A stretch of DNA of 64,000 nt from contig NC_043000.1 of assembly GCF_006345805.1 (NCBI RefSeq), forward strand, positions 37,138,001 to 37,202,000, read 5' to 3'. Shown here one piece after another: positions 53,438-64,000 of this stretch. The number at the start of each line of letters is the position of its first letter. The stretch's first letter is position 1. Made by a program: the position numbers and the translations under genes. Under the pieces are notes generated by a model. The model saw nothing but the letters and a program-made list of their open reading frames with translations, was not told where the DNA came from and did no database searches. This DNA is from Octopus sinensis. Its lineage: Eukaryota.

Positions 53438-55512
53438 TGATAATAATGATATTAAAAAAAAAACAACCTTTATGCTAAAATATTTTCTCTAGGCTTGTGG
53501 TAATAAAAGTCTGTGTTTCAAGGAAGAATTCATTTTTGAAAGATTTCAAAGACTTCTTTTTTTAATTCTTATGGCCTTTAGCATCTCAAGAAACATTTAT
53601 TTTAATTTGTCAAACAAATATGAAAGGGAAAATATTGTTTGTGCTATACTGATAGGAAAAAAAAAATGGTAAAGTGTGATAGAATTATTTTGAAGTATGC
53701 TTTTAGTATTCAGTGACTGTTTTTACTGAAAATGAAATATTGTAATTTGGCAGGCTTAAGATGTGTCTTTTTCATAATACCTTCAAACTTAAGTAAATGT
53801 ATATAAAACTGCAGTTCCTCAAAATATCTAACTTGGATTGCTGACTGTTTTTATTGTTTTATATAATGAAAAACTGCTGTTATTAGCAAAACTAATATTG
53901 ATAAATATTTTATCAATGGACTCACTATATACAATCTTTGATTTAAAGTGGGTTTTAATGTGTGCAAGCACAACTATGCGGTTAAGAATTACACTTCAAA
54001 ACAACATGGCTCTGAGTTTGATCTGAGTTTGGGGCATCTTGCCAAGTAACTGCCAACAAACTCAGGAATTTGTCAAATAGATATGATGTAACCATGTGTA
54101 TATGAGTATGCAAGTGTATGTGTGTGTTGTAAATGTATGGAAAATGTAAATATCGAGAGGAAAACTAAAAAAGGAGAAAATTGTAACTCTGTGAATGAAG
54201 ACTTGCGTAATATTTTTCCTGCACTGAGTTACAAGCATTCCTTTGTCGTGGTTGCTGTCAGAAATGCAGTAAACCTGTGGTTTGGCCCGTTCTGAACCTG
54301 TAACCAACACCACTGCAGTTAACCAAGGGTGACTGAACCAACGAGGGAGCATTTATGTGATACTACAACCTGCTTGAAATAGCAACCAAATATTTCTTGA
54401 ATAACATCCTACTATCTTAGAAAGAGCGTGTTAGGTCACATTTGGAGCACATTTGATCATAGACCCGCTCAGTTAGAATTGACCAGAAGTTAAATCTGGT
54501 GAGTAGTTTGATTCCCAGTGACATGGTTCCAGGATTAATCCCATACCTTGGGCAAATATCTTCTACAATAGCCTTTGGCTGACTACAGCCTTGTGAGTGG
54601 ATTTCATGGATGGAAACTGAAAGACACCGGCCGTGTATATATATGTGTGTGTGTTTGTGTGTGTGTTTTTGTCCCCACAATCACTTGTTTGATGTGTTTA
54701 TGTCCCCCATAACTTAGCAGTTCAGTAAAAGAGACCAATAAAATAAGTGCCAGGCTTAACAAATAAGTACTGGGACCAATTCATTTAACTAAAAATTCTT
54801 CAAGGTGGTGCCCCAGCATGACCACAGTCTAATGACTGAAACAAGAAAAAGATAGATGTGTGTGTGTATCTTGGTGTCTGTGTTTGTCCTACACCACTGC
54901 TCAGCAATTGGTCTTGGTATGTTTACATCTCCATAACTTAGCAGCTTATTAAAAAAAGAGACTAACAGAATAAGTACCAAGCTCACAAAGAAGGAAAAAT
55001 ACTGAGCTCTCCGGCTCATCAGCTCCAGTCAAACCATCTAACCTATGCCAGCATGGAGAGCAGATGTTAAACGATGATGGTGATGATGATAGACATATGC
55101 AGTGCATATATGGTTGTGTGGTTAAAAGCATACTTCATGAGGATGTTGTTTGGGGTTCAGTATCACTGCATGACCCTTTTGGTCAGTGTCTTTTGCAACA
55201 GAATCAGTGTGAACAAAGCATTTGTGAGTGTAAAGCTTGGTAGACAGAAGCTGTACAGATGCCTATTGTGTGTGTGTATATATATATATATATGATGATG
55301 ATATATATATATAGATACATGCACATCATTATCGTTTTTAACGTCTGCCTTCTATGCTGACATGGGCTGGACGATTTGACAGGAGTTGGCCAGGAAGAAG
55401 CCTGCATCATGCTTCTGTGTCTGTTTTGGCAGGGTTTCTATGGTTAGATTCCCTTCCTAACACCAACCACTCTGCAGAATGGGCTGAGTGCTCATACCCA
55501 TAATTATATATC

Positions 55513-55547
<35 letters not shown>

Positions 55548-55981
55548 GTGCATGTATATATATATATATATATATTTAAAAGGAAATAGAAAGAAAGTAG
55601 TGGAGAGAGAAAAGGAAGAAAGAAAAACCTGAACATAGTAGCAAACAGGATAAAAAGTAAGACTAAATAAATAAATGAATGAATAAAACAGTAAGTAAAT
55701 AAACAGATGCTGCAGACATACATACACATACAAAACATTACCTATATACATACAAACAAAATAAAATGAAGATCAATAGAAAAATAAGTGAAAAAATAAA
55801 TGAAAAAATAAATGTATAAAGGTAGGTAGGTGAGTGGGAAAAGAGAAAAAGAGGGTAATGTAGAAAAGAGAGTTGAAGGAGGGAAGGGTGTACAAGGAAT
55901 GTATAGTGATGGTCAGTATTTGTTGCTCATCTTTTCATTTATCCACTAGGTGTTACTAATGTAGCTCAAAGGATTACTCAC

Positions 55982-56002
55982 TCCTGCTTTTCCAAGTGTC
56001 AT
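55982..56002 (-). other. Candidate 21-nt microexon
   Basis: Acceptor ttttaattcaattcttgaag|, exon ATGACACTTGGAAAAGCAGGA (7 codons), consensus donor |gtgagt. Confidence 0.2.
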
Positions 56003-56353
56003 CTTCAAGAATTGAATTAAAATACTGACCCTCACAATACAGTCCTTCTATCCTCATCTCTCCTTTGAAGTTTTTTTTGTACACTTCCTATTTTTCCAAT
56101 CTTCTCCTTCACCCACTTACCTTTATGTGTTCTCATTCATTTCTTTTTTTCACTTATATTTCTACTGATCTTCATTTTTTATTTCATTTTATTTTAACTA
56201 TTTCATATTTACAAAATGGTGAGGGTTGGCGACAAGGGCATCTGGTTGTTAAAAGTCAGTCTCACAAATTCCACCCAATCAATGCAAGCATAGAAAAGTA
56301 GATGTTATAATATGATGATGAGGAGGAGAAGGTGGAAGAGGAGAAGAGGAGGA

Positions 56354-56396
<43 letters not shown>

Positions 56397-56649
56397 ACAT
56401 GTCTGTCTGTCTGTCTTCAAATTGACAACAACACTTTGACAGCAGTGACATATTGATAACCCATGTAAACAAAATGTCAAGTGGTTCAGTAGTTTGACAT
56501 GGTGAAGACATGGAATAAAATACCTTACTTAAAGACAAGTAAACGCTGGTGTCAGGAAGAGTATCCAGTAGCAAATACTGTCTCAAAACATCTTATCCAA
56601 TCCATGCCAGTATGAAAAAGTGAAGGTCAAAGTCAAAACAAGAATGACA

Positions 56650-56669
<20 letters not shown>

Positions 56670-56680
<11 letters not shown>

Positions 56681-57340
56681 AAAGTGAAATTCTGTCTGTC
56701 TGGGTTCCCTGTACCTCAGTTTACATTTGCTCTACATAGACATATTATACCGCTTTTGGAATCAGGATGATGCCAGGATTGAAAATCTGACCTTCGTTTG
56801 GTTCTTGAACATTCAGCATTGGGATTTGATGTAAGAGCATTTGGGCTACTATTTCTAGCAGATAAGGCAACTGCAAGAGGTTTCAAATGGTTTACAAAAA
56901 TCACTTCCCTTAGCTATAATAATAAATGTTGCATTTTGTGATAGAAAACTGACCAAAACTCTTTGAATTTAATACAAAACTTTGTAACAGTTACCTCTGT
57001 TACCTACAATAATACAATTAACAGGAGTCAAGGACAATCACTGAAAATTGTTGGACTTCACCTCATGCAGCAGTGCTTTTCCCACAGTCAGCTCTATTTT
57101 GGTTATTCCAGAGTTGGAAATGGCAACAATCTCTTTGTACTCACACCAAATGGTAAAACCAAGAATGTTGTTTATCCTGCTGTTTTCCAAAGCCACAGTG
57201 ATACAAAATTCTCCAAATGTGATACTCTGTGATATAAATCTGAGATGGTAGGGTACCAATAGAACTTTTATTATTATTGCTCTCCTCAGTTTTGGGCCCT
57301 ATTATCCCTATTAGCCAAATTAGCCCTCTGCAGGAGCTAG
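56670..57340 (+). mobile_element. Probable non-autonomous Helitron with a PIF1-like helicase C-terminal remnant
   Basis: 57014-57191 encodes TINRSQGQSLKIVGLHLMQQCFSHSQLYFGYSRVGNGNNLFVLTPNGKTKNVVYPAVFQ, matching the Helitron RepHel C-terminus (TINKSQGQ...FSHGQLYVA.SRV...KTKN.VY). A 5' end-like tatatatataaaagtg lies near 56670 and CTAG|T at 57337-57341. Termini are less certain than the helicase remnant. Confidence 0.85.
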
Positions 57341-57710
57341 TTTTAAAATCTACACAGAGAGTGGCTTTTAAGCGAGTAGATGGGTGGGTGGATGGGTTTA
57401 GAGAGACAGATAAATAAACAGAAAATTAAACATTATTTGCTATATATTAATTAATGCAATTAAAGGACAATAACCACCATATTTTACTAACATTTGGTGT
57501 TTTCTATTGAAACCCAAAATTATCACAGTTGAAGTAATTACATCTAGTGTGGCCCAGTTAGAAACACAGCTGTCATTTTAATTTGACTTATTAATACAAT
57601 CAAAATACAGCTACAACTTCATAATTAGGAAAAATACTGTACATAAAGTATATCTGATCTACCCATCTATATATATATCAATAGTTGACTGTGTATGTGT
57701 ACATATATAA

Positions 57711-57744
<34 letters not shown>

Positions 57745-58039
57745 ATTAGTGTTGTTGTTGTTATTATCATTATTATTATTGTTATTTTTATCATTATTAT
57801 AAAGGTGGCAAGCTAACATAATTGTTAGCATGCTGAACAAAAGGCTTAGCAATATTTCACCCATTGCTATGTTCTGAGTTCAAATTCTGCTGAGGTTGAC
57901 TTTGCCTTTCATCCTTTTGTGGTCGATAAATTAAGTATCAGTGAAACACAGGAGTTGATGTAATTGACTAGTCTCCTCTCCTCAAATTACAGGTCTTGTG
58001 CCTATAACAGAAAGTATTATTACCATTATTATTCATTGT

Positions 58040-58440
58040 CTTTGCACAGAATCTAATGCTAGAGATGTACTATGGTGCCAACTGTTCATTACCAGTGAAC
58101 TAAGGTAACACCCCTTATTTTTTGAACACCATCTGGAGTATTTGAGCGATTCCAAGCAGTGCTGTTCACTGCAAGTGCTCGACCCTTATTGTTCCATGTA
58201 CTTCTCAAGATTTTTACTCACTGTTCCCAGGGCCCCGACAATTATTGGTACTACTACCACCATTTTCAGCGACCACAACTGCTTAGCCTCCCAAGCTAAC
58301 CTGTCATATCTCTCAACTTTTCTTTCTTCCTTATCGCATACCTTGTTGTCATCTGGACATGCTATATATCTATGTTCCAGCATCGTTTGCTTTCTTTCTC
58401 AATTGACACTATGTCTGGTTTCTTATTCTCTATCTCATGG
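58040..58440 (-). mobile_element. RLE-endonuclease non-LTR retrotransposon (HERO/R4-like) 3' relic
   Basis: IACPDDNKVCDKEERKVERYDRLAWEAKQLWSLKMVVVVPIIVGALGTVSKNLEKYMEQ, then VEHLQ*TALLGIAQIL: the PD-(D/E)xK-type RLE C-terminal block. Confidence 0.92.
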
Positions 58441-58631
58441 TCGCACTGAATCATAAAATCCCATAGGATCTTTGCATTATCTCCAATAAAGCTATGAGGT
58501 GATACACAAGCATTCAACTGTGTGTGCATTATATCTTATAGCAAAAACAAAAAGTTATAAGCTGATGAAGTTCATGACATAATTTCTTATTCTTTTAACA
58601 TTTAAATTCTTTATCTATCTATCTATCTATC

Positions 58632-58669
<38 letters not shown>

Positions 58670-59654
58670 ATATATATAATATATATATATATACACACAC
58701 ACAGACACACACACATATATATATATGCAAGCATGTCTGAGTTTACAATCAAATGGTAAAAGTTTTAAAAATGGTGGAAATGAAATGCAACTATTTATTA
58801 TACTGATGGAGTCATTCTGTTAGTATGAAGAGTTTCAATGTACTCACATATATACGTTTGGTGTGTCTATTTGTGCATGTTATCTCTCTCTCTCACTTTG
58901 GCAGCTACAAGGTAATGTGACAAAAACCGCACAGTAGATAGTAGATGGTTGGTAGATCAGATCAAGAAACAACAAGAAAGTGTTTGAAAGATCCCTTTAA
59001 TCTTGCCATCATCAAAGCAGCCTGTATAGTGTTGAATTCAGGAAAAATGTATTCAATACACTTTGTAATGTGACCGTTATTAAGAAGGGCTTCTGATTGT
59101 AGAAACCATGCCAAAAATGAGACAATGGTACCTAATGTGTACCTCTAAACCAATAGATGAGGTTGAACCATCCAACCCATGCCAGCATGGTAAAATGAAA
59201 ATATATACAATAATGATAACAACAACAATTTATGAAGATTGACATGACTCTTCGTGAAGGTAAATACATATCAAGAAGAGTGCAATACAATTTGTGAGTC
59301 TAAAACATCACACCCTGAAGGAATGAAGAAAACAACAGAATTCCATCACATTTGCACAAAACATCTTGATAATGTTCTCTTTCCTGCTTTTCTTTTTTCT
59401 TCTTACTTTTTTTTTTTTTTCAACTTTTTCCTTGTTACTAGTTATGAAAAAGTGAAAATTGATGTAATTTTGTCTAAAAAGGATTGCAGGATATTCCAGT
59501 TCAAATTTTGAATTTTTGTATTTCTGCAAATTTTTCATTTTTCATCTCGAACTCAATAAGACCAGACACTGTTGAAATATTGTTAATCTCTGTTTATTAC
59601 AAATTGTATCATGTTCTTGTTATTGTGTAATAATAATAACAATAATAATAATAA

Positions 59655-59881
59655 AGATAATAAAAATAATTTCAAATTTTGGCACAATGCCAGCAATTTA
59701 GGGGAAGGGGGTAAGTCAATTTCATCAACTCCAGAGTTCAACTGGTGCTTATTTTATCAACCCTGAAAAGATGAAAGGCAAAAATTGACCCCAGCAAAAT
59801 TTAAAGTCAGAACATAGAAATGGACTAAATGCTGCTAAGCATTTTGTCCAGCATAGTAATGATTACTGCTAGCTCACCACC

Positions 59882-59926
<45 letters not shown>

Positions 59927-60330
59927 GTTTCAAATGTTGGCACAAGACTAGCAATTTCAGGGTAGGGGCTTAGTCATTTAGATCGAACCCAGTGTTCAGC
60001 TGGCACTTATTTTATTAACACCAAAAAGAATTAAAAGCAAAGTCAACCTCAGCAGAATTTGAACTCAGAAAATAAAGACGGATGAAATGCTGCTAAACAT
60101 TTTACCTGTCGTACTAGCAATTCTGCTAGCACAAGGCCTGACATTTTGGGGGAGGGGGCTAGTCAGCTACGTTAACCCTGGAGTGTAACTGGTACTTATT
60201 TCATTGACACCGAAAGGATGAAAGGCAAAGTTGGCCTAGACAGAATTTGAACTCGAAATGTAGTGATGGATGAAATACTGATAAGCATTATGTCCAGCGA
60301 GCTAATGATTCTGCCAGCTTGCCGCATTAA
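59655..60330 (-). mobile_element. Train of three to four co-oriented family C SINE copies
   Basis: Copies at about 59670-59885, 59930-60130 and 60130-60330, each ggcacaag...gaatttgaactc...ctgc(c/t)agc; the first two are joined by (AAT)n and the third abuts the second directly. Confidence 0.88.
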
Positions 60331-60337
60331 TAATAAT

Positions 60338-60483
60338 AACTTGGAACTGCATGCATATTGTGTAAAGTACTGTCTGTCTGAGGTCCTTGTAGTGACTGGA
60401 CAAACAGTACAAACACCTGGTAGAGACAATATCTTCAATTAACAACTTCACGATATTGTATACTGTGCGACGTCTATAATAAC

Positions 60484-60569
<86 letters not shown>

Positions 60570-60660
60570 TAATAATAATAATTACTTGGAACTGAACGAA
60601 TATTGCGTAAAGTACTTAAGTGTGCTGGAGCTGTTGATTCAACTGATACAATTCCTTCTC
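60338..60660 (+). mobile_element. Two short RLE-LINE 3' tails
   Basis: LGTACILCKVLS at about 60340 and LLGTERILRKVLK at about 60582, each matching the LLGTA.ILRKVL terminus; separated by (AAT)n. Confidence 0.7.
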
Positions 60661-63039
60661 TACAAATATGTACCATTGTTCCTGTAGAAGCAATTATTAT
60701 TTTTCAGACACATTACAGCACCATACTTAATTCTGTGTACTTTTAATATCTGACCACATTTTGAATTGAAAACCCAATGGTGTCAATCTTGCCTTTTATT
60801 CTTCCGATGTTGATAAATGATGAACCTGGCATATTAGTGAGGCAGGCTTAATCAACTGTAACCGCTTTCTTTCATTTATATCGTTGATTCTTCTGCCAGT
60901 AGGTTAGCAATCTATGGTCTCGGCCAACTGTGTCTTTCATTACTTCATTAAAATCGGAAGTGTGTATGCTACATAAGTCTGCAGTTAAAGAGCTGGCTGG
61001 AGCCAACCGACACTGAATAACAATAGCAAATTTATCAATGCTCAACAACAACAAGAAGAACAGTAATAATCTAAATGAGAACAGTAATAAAAACCAACAA
61101 TAAAAGAATATAAAAAAACCGAAGAAACAATTCTGCACAAATTATCTCGACTTTCAAATTATCGATAGTCCAAATTCTTTAGAGTGCACTAATAAGTGTC
61201 TGCATAACAAAGTGACCAAGTAACTTTTCTTGAAGCCAATCTCTTTGAAATCCATTAGAGAACATTGGAGAGAAGTCAAATTTTTCAAACGAAGGATGAT
61301 GTTCACTTTATATCTGATTTGTGTCTTGGGAATAAAGCCATTATTCCAACATGGTTTTCATGAAAGTTTTGCCAAAAGTTTTCCACAGGAAATTAGAAAC
61401 AAAGATTTCTTTTGTCGTTTGAATACACTAATTAGAAAATTTAAGGATATTGTAAAATATTTACTAAATACATGAATGGCTTAAGAGAATAATGTATACA
61501 TCTCGTTAAAAATTATTTTCATATCTATTTTTCTCCTTGATTTATCAAATACTAGTATTTATAGCCTGTATAGTTTGCAGATATAAAAGGGAGTTTTTAC
61601 ACCATTTTTGTGAGATTATTTTTTTTATAAAACTTTTCCCACTGGTCTATTAATTAAGGGAGCTTATATATGGTTAATCAATCTGCTACAAGATGTAGCC
61701 AAACCATTTGCAATTATTAAAAAAGAAAAAGAAAGTACAGATTAAATAAGAGTCTTAAATATAGTATTTTAATGAAAAAATAATAGGATAGTTCATATAT
61801 GGAACACATTTGTTCATATATCTATTCAGGCCAGATTGACCTGCAGCTAATAAAGAACATAATAAGTAGGGTATATATAATGAACTAGATCCTCCTTCAA
61901 TCTAAAAGAGGTTTTTATGCACCCTTTTATCAATAAAGAAGCAAAAAAAAAGAGAAAAGAACAGAATTTCAGAAATAAAGGGGAGATGGATAGATTCAAC
62001 TGATATTTGGTGTGAAGAATCAAATGTTTTGGTCTCTTACTCTTTGTCTGAGAGACAAAGAAAGTGGAATTGTCACATTAGCTGCATGCTAGTAAATGGT
62101 GAAGGAACTTAAGGTGTGATAGGGAAGAAGAGGAAGATGTTTGATGAGTTGAGATGTTTCATGAGTTGTATCAAGGATGAGCTGATAGCTCAATAATTGA
62201 CAGTGAAACAAACAGATAAATGCATAAGTGGTTGAATAACCTGTAGCTGAATGACCACAAATGAGAGTGTTATATGATTAATAATATCAAACAAATGATA
62301 TATCATCATCATCATCATCATTTAACAGCTAATTTCCTCATTGGTGTGAGATGGACAGTTTGACAGAATCCAATGAACCAGATAACTGTGTCAGTGTCTG
62401 CTCTGGCAAGGTTTCTATGGCCAGAAGCCCTTCATAAATAATCCCAATGACTTCCCAAAATGTCCTGGGTGTTGTTTTTTTTTTCATGATACCAGCACTA
62501 GGGAGGTTGCTAGGTAACTTACAAGACAAACTAAAAGAAGTCCCTTTAACTGGATGGGGAGGTAGCTTTATGTTAGGGGTACAGAGGCAGGTGTCTTGCT
62601 ATAGAGGAGATAACAGCACTCATGATGAACATGTGCCCCTATTTTCAATTAAGGAGTGCCTTAGAGGATTCAGTATGTCTACTTAAAATATATACATGTG
62701 TGTTTAGTAATTTAGATTGCTGCAAGGGGAGCATGTCACACTAAATACATTACATTATTTGATTTTAGTCTTCTTGGTTCCAAGATCAAATCCTTTGAGA
62801 GTCAACTTTGCTTTTCATTCACTTCTACTCTGCACCAAGGCTGGCTAAACTGATACCAGTAACATATTGGTGTTGATAGAGTCAACTCTTCCCAAACCAC
62901 TTACTTGAACATCTATGCTCAAGCATCAGAAATTATTGCTGCTGCTGATAAACATGCAAGCACATGTATGTAAACATACCTAAATGGCGGTGCCCCAGCA
63001 TGGCCACAGCTCATAAGCTGAAACTAGAATCAATCAATC

Positions 63040-63089
63040 ATACACATACATACACATATACATATGCATATAGATGTGGGTATATACCA

Positions 63090-63140
<51 letters not shown>

Positions 63141-63154
63141 TACATACACACACG

Positions 63155-63198
<44 letters not shown>

Positions 63199-63265
63199 TA
63201 TATACACACATATATATATATACACACACACATATATATACACATACAGATACACACACATTTAT
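63040..63265. repeat. (TA)n/(CA)n microsatellite complex
   Basis: Direct reading. Confidence 0.9.
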
Positions 63266-63689
63266 TATTTTGATTTATAAAGAAATTATCATCATCCTCA
63301 TTATTATTATTACTTAGTTCATTTTTCTGCCTCTTTCTTACCTGACTCCTTGAATTTAAACATAGATTCAGAAATCACAGCCGTTGGAGGTTAGAGAAAT
63401 TAGGAGAAATTAGGTTTTGGATTAAGATGTTGTTGTTGAAAAAACAAAAAAACAAAAAAAAAATACAAAGTAAAGACAAAATATAAAAGCTGATGTAGCT
63501 CAAACAATCAGCTTAGGAAGAGATTAGGGTTAGTGTCTAATGACAAATCCAGTTTAAATTACCATCTTGTGAGCTTGCAAGGCTGAAGAACAGTGCATCG
63601 TCTGTCTGACAGGTTGCAGTCATGACACTTGAAGACTTTTCTGCTACAGTTTGGCTTATGGCTTGCTGCACAAATCACTACACAGAATA

Positions 63690-63850
63690 CAGCTGCTACT
63701 GCTACTGCTGCTGCTGCTGCTGCTGTTGATAGTGGACTTACTGCTATTGCCGTTGATACTATGGCTACTACAACTACGACTGTTGTTGCTCCTACTACTG
63801 CTACTGTTACTATTACTGGTACACTTCACCTACTGCTATCACTACTACTA

Positions 63851-63887
<37 letters not shown>

Positions 63888-64000
63888 AGTTAGTGTTGCT
63901 AATGGTAGAATAATTGAATTATTACTACCACCAGCAATGTTGCTTCTACTGCAACTACTACTACCTCTGCTACTACAACTGCTGCCGCTTCACTCATCAA
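63690..64000. repeat. Degenerate (CTA)/(CTG) trinucleotide repeat
   Basis: Direct reading; source of the poly-L/T/Y ORFs. Confidence 0.9.

Noticed and set aside
61230-61475. 81-aa plus-strand ORF as a small membrane protein
   Set aside because: TTG start, no recognisable domain, and equally long open frames on the opposite strand; not supportable.

Overview
AT-rich, microsatellite-saturated animal genomic DNA. The dominant SINE/LINE/MITE families match what I recall of Octopus (coleoid cephalopod) repeats; this assignment is from memory, not a database search. I cannot identify any host protein-coding gene. Nearly all ORFs in the track are microsatellite or low-complexity artefacts, or decayed transposon fragments, so the window looks intronic or intergenic, with a few weak candidate exons. 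Supported content: at least four abundant short interspersed repeat families (three with tRNA-like heads), several RTE-clade LINE relics, RLE-endonuclease (HERO/R4-like) LINE 3' relics, mariner/Tc1, hAT and piggyBac-type MITEs, a probable non-autonomous Helitron with a helicase remnant, three structured minisatellites (38, 21 and 27 bp units) and a 660-bp tandem duplication. The most interesting signals are RNA-level: a core-intact minimal hammerhead-ribozyme motif with a U3-A8 covariation plus a decayed second motif 300 bp away (Penelope-like context), an HDV-like ribozyme relic at the 5' end of an RTE 5'UTR, a 250-bp near-perfect foldback element, and two coding-like tandem repeats that are both open on the minus strand.
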